A DNA stretch of 64,000 bases from Cyanophyceae cyanobacterium (GCA_050331735.1 JBHJGN010000007.1:43526-107525), one strand, 5' to 3'. Positions 41,942 to 52,191 are shown, counted from the stretch's first letter. Program-made: numbers and translations. The notes: generated by a model from the letters alone, not told the origin.

Positions 41942-42229
41942 TGACTCTCGGGAAAGAGTAGTTCTATTGTACTATATATTAATCGGATTTTTGTCATTCA
42001 ACCAGGATTTCATCCTGTGGAAAACCTGTGGGAAACTACGACGATTGCCTCTTTGTAGACAGCAAGCCAGGAGTAGAGCTAATAGTTAAAGTGCTTTGGT
42101 AGTCAACAGATTAGCTAGGCATTTATCTCCCAAAAAAGTTTTCCACAGAGAAAAACAATGGTGAAATGAACCAGTTATCTTCTCCACAGTTAAAGTTAAG
42201 AATTGATTTTGAAAAAGTTAAGAAAATAG
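41942..42229. promoter_or_regulatory. Probable oriC with cyanobacterial DnaA boxes
   Basis: dnaA-dnaN intergenic region. TTTTCCACA at 42139-42147 and its reverse complement TGTGGAAAA at 42016-42024; variants TGTGGGAAA 42027-42035 and TTCTCCACA 42180-42188; AT-rich TATATATTAAT near 41973. Confidence 0.78.
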
Positions 42230-43603
42230 CTAACTTTTGCTAATCAAACTAATGCGATCGCTTAGCTGACGTAACATCTGCCCCAGCGCGGGATCTTTTT
42301 TCTGGCGCTGCTCCACTTTTTCACAGCTATATATTACGGTTGTGTGGTCTTTCCCGCCAAATTGCTCGCCGATCCGGGGCAGACTTAAATCGGTATGCTG
42401 GCGCATCAAGTACATGCCGATCTGTCTGGCAAAGCTAATCTCCCGTCGTCTGGAATTGCTTTTGAGGTCTTCAGGAGAAACTTTTAAAACTTCGGTGACC
42501 ACGGTCATAATCACGTCTGGGGAAGTTTCAATTTTTTCTGTAGGCGGATTGAGCACAGGAGCAATATTTTCAACCGTCATTGGTAAGCCCGAAATAGAAA
42601 TATAGGCCACAGCGCGAATTAAAGCCCCTTCTAATTCCCGGATATTGGAAGTATAGCTGGTCGCGATGTACTCAATGACATCCCTGGGCAGGCGCACATT
42701 TTCGTATTCGGCTTTCTTTTGCAAAATAGCCATTCGGGTCTCTAAATCGGGAACCTGAATATCAGCAATTAACCCCATAGAAAAGCGGGAACAGAGCCGA
42801 TCCTGTAGCCTTGGAATTTGGTTAGGAGGGCGGTCGGAGGCCAGCACAACCTGTTTTCCGGCTTCGTGAAGGGTATTAAACGTATGGAAAAATTCCTCTT
42901 GAGTGTACTCCTTTCCCTCAATAAACTGGATGTCGTCTACCAACAGCACATCCGCTGCCCGGTAGTGTTCCCGAAAGCTCTGCATACTGTCGTTGCGAAT
43001 GGCCGCAATTAAATCGTTAGTAAACTGCTCAGTCGAAACGTAAAACACCCGAGAGTCGGCGGCAATTTCCAAGCGGTAGTGTCCGACTGCCTGCATAATG
43101 TGCGTTTTCCCCAAACCAACGCCCCCGCAGAGAAACAGCGGATTAAAATCTCGTCCTGGAGATTCTGCGACCGCGAGGGCCGCCGCATGAGCCATGCGAT
43201 TTGTGGGACCGACGACAAAGCGAGAGAATGTGTACTTTTGATTGAGCTTAATTGGTTTAATGCCGGGACGATGGCCGAAGCCGTCTGTCGGGTTACGGAC
43301 AGACAGGGCTGAGCTAGAAATGCTAGTCTCGCCGACAAGAGCCAAACTTTCCCCTTTCGCTGCCGTTAGCTGAACTTCTACCGGCTGTCCTAAGATATCA
43401 TTGACGGTTTCGGCAATAATCTTCAGGTAGTGTTTCTGGAGATGATTGAGAAAGAACGGATTGGGCGTACGAATGACCAAGCAGTTCTCTTTAAACTCTT
43501 GAGCGGTAGCCGTTTTGATCCAGGTTTCAAACGTGGGACGACCGAGCTGATGCTCTAGACGTTCTAGAACTAAACTCCAAAGCTGTTCGGGTGAAATGTT
43601 CAC
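42230..43603 (-). CDS. dnaA: Chromosomal replication initiator DnaA
   Basis: '[16 protein letters not shown]', 'DDIQF', 'EEFFHTFN', 'NIRELEGAL', 'FGGKDHTTV'. Confidence 0.98.
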   Translation of the reverse strand: MNISPEQLWSLVLERLEHQLGRPTFETWIKTATAQEFKENCLVIRTPNPFFLNHLQKHYLKIIAETVNDILGQPVEVQLTAAKGESLALVGETSISSSALSVRNPTDGFGHRPGIKPIKLNQKYTFSRFVVGPTNRMAHAAALAVAESPGRDFNPLFLCGGVGLGKTHIMQAVGHYRLEIAADSRVFYVSTEQFTNDLIAAIRNDSMQSFREHYRAADVLLVDDIQFIEGKEYTQEEFFHTFNTLHEAGKQVVLASDRPPNQIPRLQDRLCSRFSMGLIADIQVPDLETRMAILQKKAEYENVRLPRDVIEYIATSYTSNIRELEGALIRAVAYISISGLPMTVENIAPVLNPPTEKIETSPDVIMTVVTEVLKVSPEDLKSNSRRREISFARQIGMYLMRQHTDLSLPRIGEQFGGKDHTTVIYSCEKVEQRQKKDPALGQMLRQLSDRISLISKS

Positions 43604-43712
43604 AAACTGTCTCCACGGCTTTTACGGAACAACGGCACTTCAGTAATGGGGATATTAAGCAAAATTGTATTGTAATATCAATTTTGTCAGGCGATCGCTT
43701 CTTGAAACCATC

Positions 43713-44270
43713 ATGGCGGAATTAGAAATAGCGCAGTTAGGCCATCCGATCCTGTACCAACAGGCTCAACCTGTCGAACGTTTTACAGACACAAAGACCC
43801 AACAGTTCATTGAAGATCTGCTCGCCACGGCCATTGCCGCTCAGGGAGTTGGCATTGCGGCTCCTCAGGTGAGCGTATCTCGGAGACTGTTTATTGTGGC
43901 CTCTCATCCCACTCCCCGTTATCCCCAAGCCCCATCGATGCCGCCAACGGCCATGCTAAATCCCAAAATTTTGTCTCGCTCGCCAGAAATGGTGAAAGAT
44001 TGGGAAGGATGTTTGAGTATTTCGGGGCTGCGGGGCTTAGTACCAAGAGCCACCAGCATAGACGTAGAGTATACCGATCGCGACGGCAACCATCACCAAC
44101 AGCAACTCAGCGGTTTTGTGGCCCGCATCTTTCAGCACGAACTCGACCACTTAAACGGTATTTTGTTTATAGACCGCATTGAAAGTACCCGCGATCTGTT
44201 CACCGAGCAATCCTACCAGCAACGGATTGGTGCCGAGCGGGAGAAGCTCAGAGCTAATGCAAATCCTTAA
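43713..44270 (+). CDS. def: Peptide deformylase
   Basis: 'GVGIAAPQV', 'EGCLS', 'FQHELDHLNG'. Confidence 0.95.
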   Translation: MAELEIAQLGHPILYQQAQPVERFTDTKTQQFIEDLLATAIAAQGVGIAAPQVSVSRRLFIVASHPTPRYPQAPSMPPTAMLNPKILSRSPEMVKDWEGCLSISGLRGLVPRATSIDVEYTDRDGNHHQQQLSGFVARIFQHELDHLNGILFIDRIESTRDLFTEQSYQQRIGAEREKLRANANP

Positions 44271-44279
44271 TGCTAATTA

Positions 44280-45188
44280 ATGGTGAATTCCTTCTCTGAT
44301 TCTGAAGTCATTGGTATTGACCTAGGAGGAACGGCGATTAAGCTCGGACGCTTTCTGAGCGACGGCACCTGCCTAAAGTCTTTAACCGTATCTACTCCTC
44401 AACCCGCTACGCCAGAAGCCGTGTTAGAGGCGATCGCCACCACCGTCACGCACCTCAATGAGGCCAAGCAGTGCGTTGCTCTCGGGGTCGGGACTCCTGG
44501 TCCAGCCGATGCAGCGGGTCGAGTGGCCAAGGTAGCGATCAACCTGGCTGGGTGGCACGAGGTGCCGCTGGCAGATTGGCTAGAAGCCAAATTAGGTCTG
44601 CCCAGCATATTAGCCAACGACGCGAACTGTGCCGGACTCGGAGAAGCTTGGTTAGGGGCCGGACGGCCGTTTCACAACTTAATTCTGCTGACGTTAGGAA
44701 CCGGAGTGGGCGGAGCCATTATTCTCGACGGTAAGCTGTTCGTGGGTCATCACGGGGCTGCCGGAGAGCTAGGATTAATCACGCTTAACCCAGACGGTCC
44801 GCCCTGCAACAGTGGTAATCGGGGGTCTTTAGAGCAGTACGCTTCTGTCCAGGCTATTCGCCGCCGAACCGGGAAAGAGCCTGCCGAATTAGGCGCTCTA
44901 GCAAAGGCGGGAAACCAAGAAGCGCTAGCGTTTTGGCGCGAGTACGGTACGCTTTTAGGAGCCGGACTTGCCAGTTTAGTCTATGTGCTCACTCCAGAAG
45001 CCATCATCATTGGCGGTGGCGTCAGTGCGAGTACCCCGTTTTTCCTGCCTTCAGCTTGGTCAGAAATCCAACGGCGAGTTTTACCCAGTTCGCGGTTTGG
45101 ACTTCAGTTATTGACGACGCAGCTAGGCAATCAGGCCGGGATGGTGGGAGCCGCTCGCTTAGCTTGGCAGATGGTAGCAACAGCTTGA
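44280..45188 (+). CDS. ROK family sugar kinase (glucokinase-like)
   Basis: 'GIDLGGT', 'NDANCA', 'LGTGVGG', 'GELG', 'CNSGNRGSLE'. Confidence 0.9.
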   Translation: MVNSFSDSEVIGIDLGGTAIKLGRFLSDGTCLKSLTVSTPQPATPEAVLEAIATTVTHLNEAKQCVALGVGTPGPADAAGRVAKVAINLAGWHEVPLADWLEAKLGLPSILANDANCAGLGEAWLGAGRPFHNLILLTLGTGVGGAIILDGKLFVGHHGAAGELGLITLNPDGPPCNSGNRGSLEQYASVQAIRRRTGKEPAELGALAKAGNQEALAFWREYGTLLGAGLASLVYVLTPEAIIIGGGVSASTPFFLPSAWSEIQRRVLPSSRFGLQLLTTQLGNQAGMVGAARLAWQMVATA

Positions 45189-45448
45189 TGCCTGCGGCAG
45201 CTCTTAGCTAACTGATGAGTGGAAGCTTTAGCTTTAGCTAAGAGCTGATTGCTTTGAGCTTTTTGACGCAGTGCCATCATTTCCTGTCGATGTGGGCAAG
45301 CTAGACAAGTGACGAGCAACTTTTTTACACTAGAGATACTGGCTGCACCTGTTGCCAGCTTCGGCTGAGTTGCTCATCTTAAAAATTAAATTGAAGGATG
45401 TCGCTAGCCACTATCGGTGTTGCTTAAACGAAGAAAATACTAGCTGCT

Positions 45449-45622
45449 ATGGCCAAATCGATCCAAACTCACCAAAAAATTTTCGCTGGCGATGTTCACG
45501 CGTTGAAAGATTTGCTGTACGATGCTGAAGCTCGCCCAGTATGGGAGATTGTTGTCGAAATTGGCTCCCAGATTCCGCAGGAAGAGTGGCAAAAGGTCAC
45601 AACCGATCCCTCAAACAGATAG
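45449..45622 (+). CDS. Putative small antitoxin (57 aa), possibly C-terminally truncated
   Basis: Manual translation MAKSIQTHQKIFAGDVHALKDLLYDAEARPVWEIVVEIGSQIPQEEWQKVTTDPSNR*. 'RP.WE....I...P.EEW....D' resembles the cyanobacterial antitoxins found ahead of PIN genes. Confidence 0.6.
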   Translation: MAKSIQTHQKIFAGDVHALKDLLYDAEARPVWEIVVEIGSQIPQEEWQKVTTDPSNR

Positions 45623-45647
45623 TGCTCCTTATCTCTTTAAAACAAGC

Positions 45648-46088
45648 GTGAAACTTGTCTTTGCTAACGCTGACTACTGGACTGCTTTGCTCAATCCTTG
45701 CGATCGCCTACATTTCAAAGCCCAAGCAATCTCAGAATCTCTGGCTCCGGTTTATATTGTTACCAGCGAAGCGATCTTGATCAAGCTATTTAGCGACTTT
45801 TCTCAAAAAGGAGAATCCTTTCAAAGAGCCGCGTCCGCCCTGAGTGAAACGCTCTTTAATCATCCGAATACGTCGGTTGTTTCCCAAACTAGTCCCCAGT
45901 TTCAGCAAGGAATCTCTCTGCACAGACAGCGGCTGAACCAAGCCTGGAGCTTAACCGACTGCGTATCCTTTAAGATTATGGAGACCCAGGGAATTACCGA
46001 AGCTCTCACCTCTAGTTGTTATTTTGAGCAAGCTGGTTTTGTAGCCCTGTTAAGAGAACAACTTGAAGATGCCAGTGACGCCATTTAG
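45648..46088 (+). CDS. VapC-like PIN-domain protein with degenerate active site
   Basis: GTG start: MKLVFANADYWTALLNPCDRLH...IVTSEAILIK...WSLTDCVSFKIM...ITEALTSSCYFEQAGF matches the PIN toxin pattern (VFADT.YW.AL, WSLTDC.SF, EALT.D.HF.QAGF). Confidence 0.8.
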   Translation: MKLVFANADYWTALLNPCDRLHFKAQAISESLAPVYIVTSEAILIKLFSDFSQKGESFQRAASALSETLFNHPNTSVVSQTSPQFQQGISLHRQRLNQAWSLTDCVSFKIMETQGITEALTSSCYFEQAGFVALLREQLEDASDAI

Positions 46089-47565
46089 CTATCGGCCCCT
46101 CTACAAGCCTCAACAGCTCCTCAGCGGACAGGGACAAACGGCTGTCGTGACCGGATGGACGGTCAAACAAGCGCTCTTTAAACGGCTATTGCCTCACGAA
46201 TATGCTGTGATTGGCAATCTTTATAGTCCGACAAGAGGCCTTTCTCCCCTGATTCGGAATCTGCTGGCCAATCCCCACGTGCGGTTTTTGGTGGTTCTTA
46301 ACGCCACCAAAGAAGATGCCAACGCGGGCGGATGCGAGTGTTTGTTAGATTTTTTTCGCCACGGATTCGCTCAAGGAACAAGCGATACCGGACGCAACTG
46401 CTGGCTGGTACGGTCAGCGATTCCGGGGTATATAGACCCAGAAATTCCCGCCTCCGCACTCCAGCAGCTTCGGCAGGCTCTTCAGTGGCAAGAAGCCAAA
46501 TCGATTGCTGAAGCGGTGCAGTGGGTCAAAGCAGTTGCTGAAACAGAGGTAGAAGCCTGGGGAGATGCGCTGCTCTTTCCCCATACAGAAACGACTCCCA
46601 CTGTTTTACCAGGACCGAGATACGGTCATCGCATCCAGGGAAAAACCATCGCTCAAACCTGGGTCAAAATTATCCACCGGATCAAAACAACGGGCACGAT
46701 TCGACCCACTCAGTATGGTCAGTGGCAAGAGCTGATCGATCTAGTCGCCATTGTCACCAACGAACCTCCAGATTTTTATTTTCCTGACCCCAACTACCTG
46801 CCCATTGCCCCTGAGTTTGTGCAAACTTACGCCTCGCAAATGTTGGATGATGCTTTCTGCTTGGAGGGGGTGAAGTACACCTACGGACAGCGCTTGCGCT
46901 CCTGGTTTGGCAAAGATCAAATTGAGCAAGCAATCAACAAGCTGGTGGCAGAAATTGACTCTTCTAGAGTTGTGATGTCTTTATGGGATGTACAAGATTA
47001 CGAAGGAAACGAGAGCCCGCCTTGCTTGAACCATATCTGGCTGAGAGTTGTCGATGGTGAACTATCGCTAACGGCTACCTTTCGCAGTAACGATATGTTT
47101 GCTGCCTGGCCCGCCAACGCAATGGGTCTGAGGACGCTACAGCAGTATATTTGCCAGGAAATTAATTGGAGGCAGGAGGTCTTGGAAGGCAGGAGCCTTG
47201 TTCGTTTAGGACCACTGATTACGATTAGTCAAAGCGCCCACATCTACAGCGACTGCTGGGAACACGCCGAACAAGTCATTCGAGCGCAGTATCAACATGC
47301 TGCTGAGCGAGACTACAGCGACCCAAGCGGTAGCTTTACTATTACGGTCCAGGAGCAAATTGTGGTCGAGCATTTGTCTCCTGGTGCTGGAGAAGTGGTC
47401 AATCGCTACGAGGGAAAATCGGCCCGCAAACTTTATCACCAAATAGCGGCAGACTGTCCGAGTCTTGAAGTCGAACACGCTCTGTATTTAGGCACAGAAT
47501 TGCAGAAAGCAGAAATCGCCCTGTCCCATCAACGGGAGTACGAGCAAGATCGTCCGCTGCGATGA
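46069..47565 (+). CDS. Multidomain thymidylate synthase (MtrA-like N-domain + ThyA-type domain + DUF4346)
   Basis: TS motifs 'YTYGQRL', 'PPCL', 'FRSNDM...WPAN', 'SAHIY'; N-terminal 'IGNLYS...LIRNLLANPHVRFLVV'; C-terminal 'HALYLGTELQKAEIAL...YEQD'. Confidence 0.85.
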   Translation: MPVTPFSYRPLYKPQQLLSGQGQTAVVTGWTVKQALFKRLLPHEYAVIGNLYSPTRGLSPLIRNLLANPHVRFLVVLNATKEDANAGGCECLLDFFRHGFAQGTSDTGRNCWLVRSAIPGYIDPEIPASALQQLRQALQWQEAKSIAEAVQWVKAVAETEVEAWGDALLFPHTETTPTVLPGPRYGHRIQGKTIAQTWVKIIHRIKTTGTIRPTQYGQWQELIDLVAIVTNEPPDFYFPDPNYLPIAPEFVQTYASQMLDDAFCLEGVKYTYGQRLRSWFGKDQIEQAINKLVAEIDSSRVVMSLWDVQDYEGNESPPCLNHIWLRVVDGELSLTATFRSNDMFAAWPANAMGLRTLQQYICQEINWRQEVLEGRSLVRLGPLITISQSAHIYSDCWEHAEQVIRAQYQHAAERDYSDPSGSFTITVQEQIVVEHLSPGAGEVVNRYEGKSARKLYHQIAADCPSLEVEHALYLGTELQKAEIALSHQREYEQDRPLR

Positions 47566-47699
47566 CTTCAAAGCAGGTGGTTGAATGGTTTATTTGTGAT
47601 GCCTGTTGCTTACTCCTGAACGCTGTCTTAAGGAGGATGGCAAGGCTCAGGGAGAGAGAGTAGAGTCGGCTCATCCGCTTAGCTTTCGGAGGAAATGGC

Positions 47700-48836
47700 G
47701 TGCGCTTAGGGCATTGGATCGGGTTACTGGCTCTTGTTCTATCTCTCTACATTCTGTGGCAGATTAAGCAAGTTGTTCTGCTGGTATTTACGGCTGTTGT
47801 GCTAGCAACGGTATTGAATCGAATAGTCCGACTGCTTCAGCGAGCTCGACTCCCGCGAGGTATTGCGATCGCCATTGCGGTCATTGGTCTACTAGCGATT
47901 ATCGCTGGCTTCTTTGCCATTATCCTCCCGAGTTTGATCGATCAGTTTCAGCAGCTCATTAATTTGCTTCCTCAGGCATTTGAGCAGGTGCGTGAATGGT
48001 ACGACCAGCTCCGAGGCCAAATTCCGGGGCAGGTGCTAGAGGATAGTCCTGGTTTTGGCAATTTGGTTCAACAGATTCAAACCTGGGCTACGCAACTATT
48101 AGGTAACGTCTTCAGCATTGTCAACAATTCGCTCTCTGCTTTAGTGAGCTTTTTGCTGTTTCTGGTGGTCACTATTATGTTGCTGATCAATCCTTCACCC
48201 TATCGACGAGCTTTTGTTTTGGCATTCCCGGCCTTCTACCGTCGGAGAGTAGAGGAAATTTTAGATAAGTGTGAATCTTCTCTAGTGGGCTGGAGTAAGG
48301 GAACGCTCTTCAACATGCTCGTCATTGCGGGTTTAAGCTACCTGGGTTTGTCGATTTTGGGAGTTCCCCTGCCCTTGGTTAATGCCCTAATCGCGGGTAT
48401 TCTAGAGTTTATCCCGAACGTGGGTCCAACCCTGAGTATTTTCCCACCAGCGCTGCTGGCCCTGCTCGATGCACCCTGGAAAGCAGGCGCCGTTGTGGTA
48501 CTGTACCTGCTCATTCAACAGGTAGAGGGGTTAATCTTGGTTCCGGTGGTGATGAGTCAGGCTGTGGATATTCTGCCCGTGTTTACCATTTTGGCGGTGG
48601 TGGTGTTTGCCAGCTTTTTTGGTTTTTTAGGATTATTTATGTCGATTCCTTTGCTGATCGTCACTCAGGTATGGCTCCAGGAAGCCTTAGTCAAAGATGT
48701 TCTCAACCAGTGGCAGGGGAAGGAGCAGCGAAGAAGTAAAATTACTGTTGAAGATGTTCTCGTCACTCCTGACAAACCCATCCAGAAACGAGCGACAAAA
48801 CCGAGTGCTGACGAGCAAAAGCAGGAAGAACAATAG
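47700..48836 (+). CDS. AI-2E family transporter
   Basis: Multi-TM protein with 'EFIPNVGP', 'IQQVEG..LVP', 'FGFLGLFMSIPL'. Confidence 0.9.
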   Translation: MRLGHWIGLLALVLSLYILWQIKQVVLLVFTAVVLATVLNRIVRLLQRARLPRGIAIAIAVIGLLAIIAGFFAIILPSLIDQFQQLINLLPQAFEQVREWYDQLRGQIPGQVLEDSPGFGNLVQQIQTWATQLLGNVFSIVNNSLSALVSFLLFLVVTIMLLINPSPYRRAFVLAFPAFYRRRVEEILDKCESSLVGWSKGTLFNMLVIAGLSYLGLSILGVPLPLVNALIAGILEFIPNVGPTLSIFPPALLALLDAPWKAGAVVVLYLLIQQVEGLILVPVVMSQAVDILPVFTILAVVVFASFFGFLGLFMSIPLLIVTQVWLQEALVKDVLNQWQGKEQRRSKITVEDVLVTPDKPIQKRATKPSADEQKQEEQ

Positions 48837-49070
48837 CAGGCCAACAAGGGGAAAGTTGCTCCGCAACGGGGAAAGGGAAAAGGGTCAGGGGGAAAGGGGG
48901 AATAAACTCTATCAAATCCTGCTAAACAACCATAATTTACGTAGAGTAAGGCAGAAGGAAACAAAAGAATGGCGATGAAATAGTTTTTGCCACTCATTAA
49001 ACGGATTTGAGATCAGGTTGTTTCTTAACTCTGTGTTCTTTCCCTTTCCCCGTCCCGGAGGGACTGCCCT

Positions 49071-49949
49071 TTAAGTCAGCATTCCGACGATCTCACCGAC
49101 TAGTAAAACAAAGCCGAGCCCTACGTTCTGACGAAAAATTTCTGCGTATACTGATTCGGTGGACGGCTGGCGCAGACGCCGGTACTGCCAGGTCCACCCA
49201 GCAACAGCGATTCCCCAAGCCAGCCAAAAACCCAGTCCTAAATCCATGACGACTCCTAGAGCCGCGAATAATCCCGCCGTTACCGCGAAGAAGCAGCCGA
49301 CGGCAGCCGCTGTGCGATCACCAAAAAAGAGCGCGCTTGAATTCACCCCTAAGCGGCGATCGTCCTCGCGGTCTGGCATAGCATAGACGGTATCAAATCC
49401 GAGAGTCCAGAAGATAGTGGCCCCCCACAGCAGCCAGGTGGCCGGGACTAGCTGAGCGCTAACGGCACTCCAGCTAATCAGCACAGCAAATCCCCAAGCT
49501 AGGGAGAGGACCAGTTGGGGAACCGGAAACACTCGCTTAGCCAACGGGTAGCCAACGATGACTGGAACAGCCGCAACACAGAGCCAGAAACTCACCGGAT
49601 TAAGATAAAGCGTTAACCCGGCAGCACAGATTAACGCCACGAAGAAGATCGCGATGCCGGTGCGGACCGAAAGAGCGCGAGAGGCTAACGGACGGTTTTT
49701 CGTTCTAGCCACTTGCGGGTCGATATCTCGATCCCAGAGATCGTTAACAACGCACCCCGCTGCGCTAGTGGCGAAAGAGCCCCCAATAATCACCCCGATT
49801 AAAGGTAGGGGCGGCGTTCCTTCTGCCGCTAAAAAGACAGCCCAAAGTGCCGGAATCATCAAAATTAGTCGTCCTTCTGGTTTATCCCAGCGCAGGAGAC
49901 GAATCACGGTTAACCAAGTTGGTTCTGAAGGTTGCTGCTGAATCACCAT
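49071..49949 (-). CDS. plqA: 4-hydroxybenzoate solanesyltransferase (UbiA family)
   Basis: 'RWDKPEG', 'GCVVNDLWDRDID', 'RTKNRPLAS', 'YPLAKR', 'FDTVYA..DREDD'. Confidence 0.9.
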   Translation of the reverse strand: MVIQQQPSEPTWLTVIRLLRWDKPEGRLILMIPALWAVFLAAEGTPPLPLIGVIIGGSFATSAAGCVVNDLWDRDIDPQVARTKNRPLASRALSVRTGIAIFFVALICAAGLTLYLNPVSFWLCVAAVPVIVGYPLAKRVFPVPQLVLSLAWGFAVLISWSAVSAQLVPATWLLWGATIFWTLGFDTVYAMPDREDDRRLGVNSSALFFGDRTAAAVGCFFAVTAGLFAALGVVMDLGLGFWLAWGIAVAGWTWQYRRLRQPSTESVYAEIFRQNVGLGFVLLVGEIVGMLT

Positions 49950-50030
49950 AATTGGAAAATGACCTTTTCCACGAGTCCTCTAACGTTATATCTTTATTTT
50001 GGGGGCTAATCAGATCGATCAGGACAGCGC

Positions 50031-51680
50031 ATGGCTAATTCTCTTTCTCTTGAGCAGAGCACAACGGCAACAGTGGGAACCAAAAAGTGTATTCTTGCCG
50101 CCATCGATATTGGCACAAACTCAATTCACATGGTAGTCGTACGCATCGACCCGACGCTACCTTCTTTTACAATTGTTGCCAAAGAAAAAGATACGGTGCG
50201 GCTTGGAGATCGCCATCCGAAAACAGGCAATTTAACGCCGGAAGCGATAGAGCGAGCGATGGCGGCGCTGCGGCGCTGTAAAGATTTGGCGGAAAGTCTA
50301 GAGGTGGATCATCTGGTAGCTGTGGCAACCAGCGCTACTAGAGAAGCGCCCAACGGCAAACAGTTTTTGCAGCGGGTGGAGTCGGAGTTGGGCATCGTCG
50401 TTGATCTGATTTCTGGACAAGAGGAGGCGCGGCGGATCTATTTAGGCGTACTGTCGGGGATGGAGTTTAACGGACACCCCCACGTGATTATCGACATTGG
50501 CGGTGGCTCAACGGAAATTATTTTGGGCGATAGCCACGAAGCCCGCTTCTTGAGCAGCACGAAAGTAGGAGCCGTGCGACTGACGCAAGAACTGGTGAAG
50601 ACTGATCCCATTGAAGACGAAGAGTTTCTCTACCTGCAAGCCTACGTACGGGGCAGGCTAGAGCGTCCGGTGGAAGAGTTGCGTTCGGCGCTACAGGATT
50701 GTGAAGTCCCCCAGCTTGTTGGCACTTCCGGCACCATTGAAACGTTAGCCGTGATTAATGCCAAAGAAAAGCTCGGGGAAGAGCCAGATCCCCTCAACGG
50801 CTATCAGTTGAGCCGCGAGGATCTCAAAGAGATGGTCGAGCGCTTTGCGTCGATGAGTTACGAGGAACGTCTCGACGTTGCGGGCATGTCGGAGAAGCGA
50901 GCCGAAATTATTTTGGCGGGGGCGGTCATTCTCTTAGAAGCCATGACCATGCTCGACCTAGATTTGGTGACGATCTGCGAACGCGCCCTACGAGAAGGCG
51001 TCATCGTGGACTGGATGCTCGCCCACGGCTTTATCGAAAGCCGCTTACGCTTCCAGGGGGAGGTCCGCCGCCGCAGCGTGATGAAGATTGCCCACAAATA
51101 TCAGGTTAACCTAGACTACAGCCAGCGGGTGGCGGCCTTTGCCATGAGTTTGTTCGATCAAATCCAAGGAAAGCTGCATAGCTGGGGCCAGGAACAGCGA
51201 GAACTGCTGTGGGCGGCTGCTATCCTCCATAACTGCGGAGTGTATGTGAATCATTCTTCTCACCATAAACACTCCTATTACTTAGTGCGGAATGCGGAAC
51301 TGTTGGGATTCACGGATTTGGAAATAGAGGCGATCGCTAATTTAGCTCGCTACCATCGGAAAGCAAAGCCCAAAAAAAAGCACGATAACTTCAGCAATCT
51401 GCCGACTAAAGAATACAAGTACATGGTCGAGCAATTGAGCGCGCTACTCCGTCTGGCGGTGGCTCTCGACCGGCGACAGATCGGGGCCATTGAAAAAATA
51501 GAGTGTCAGTACCGACCCGACGACCAGGAGCTACACCTACATCTATTTCCGGCCCATCCCAACGACGATTGTACCTTGGAGCTGTGGAGCCTAGATTACA
51601 AAAAAGCGGTGTTTGAAGAGGAATACGACGTTAAAGTGGTGCCGATTTTAGCATCTGCCTCTGTTGCTGTCGGTCCCTAG
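50031..51680 (+). CDS. ppx: Exopolyphosphatase Ppx/GppA family
   Basis: 'AAIDIGTNS', 'VATSATREAPN', 'ISGQEEARR', 'DIGGGSTE', 'LREG', C-terminal HD-like domain. Confidence 0.92.
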   Translation: MANSLSLEQSTTATVGTKKCILAAIDIGTNSIHMVVVRIDPTLPSFTIVAKEKDTVRLGDRHPKTGNLTPEAIERAMAALRRCKDLAESLEVDHLVAVATSATREAPNGKQFLQRVESELGIVVDLISGQEEARRIYLGVLSGMEFNGHPHVIIDIGGGSTEIILGDSHEARFLSSTKVGAVRLTQELVKTDPIEDEEFLYLQAYVRGRLERPVEELRSALQDCEVPQLVGTSGTIETLAVINAKEKLGEEPDPLNGYQLSREDLKEMVERFASMSYEERLDVAGMSEKRAEIILAGAVILLEAMTMLDLDLVTICERALREGVIVDWMLAHGFIESRLRFQGEVRRRSVMKIAHKYQVNLDYSQRVAAFAMSLFDQIQGKLHSWGQEQRELLWAAAILHNCGVYVNHSSHHKHSYYLVRNAELLGFTDLEIEAIANLARYHRKAKPKKKHDNFSNLPTKEYKYMVEQLSALLRLAVALDRRQIGAIEKIECQYRPDDQELHLHLFPAHPNDDCTLELWSLDYKKAVFEEEYDVKVVPILASASVAVGP

Positions 51681-51805
51681 CGAGCGCAGCTAGTCGAGTA
51701 GCGTCTTGTCAGGAGCCCCGATCAAACCGCTGCCGGCTGCGGTTCTCTTGATTTGTTTGAGCAGAAAGTTTGTCCCATAGCATAAATGTGCTAGTCTTTA
51801 TATCC

Positions 51806-51928
51806 ATAAGTTGGTTCTAAAGTGGAGCAAACTTTAGACGTAAGGGGGAAAGTTCGGTGTAAGTCCGTCGCTGTCCCGCAACTGTGATGAGATGAATATC
51901 TCTTAAGTCAGAATGCCCGCCAACTGTA
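51806..51928 (+). promoter_or_regulatory. Cobalamin riboswitch
   Basis: TTGGTT...AAGGGGGAAAGTTCGGTGTAAGTCCGTCGCTGTCCCGCAACTGTGA...AAGTCAGAATGCCCGCCAA contains the GGGAA, CGGTG..A.TCCG, CCCGCAACTGT and B12-box AGYCAGA elements; upstream of hupE/ureJ. Confidence 0.92.
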
Positions 51929-52191
51929 AAGCACACGAGCGTATCTGCGAGGTACAGATAGTGATCAACGCCACTTTACTCACAATTCAGCGACCGCCAC
52001 CGCTACAGGAAGATAGAAAAGTAGAGTAGCCACAGTGATGGCTATTGCCCGATAACTCGGCGACTTTCTGGCTCTTGAGGAGCCATTGAGGACAATAAGC
52101 AAAATTTGACAATTCTCGGAGTTAGGCACTGAGCCTGAGCAGAGAATTGCGGCTGGTATTTACCTGTTACTTCGATTACTACTATTTAAAA

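Noticed and set aside
45522..45647. N-terminal extension of the 188-aa ORF
   Set aside because: It overlaps the antitoxin-like ORF in another frame; PIN similarity begins at GTG 45648.
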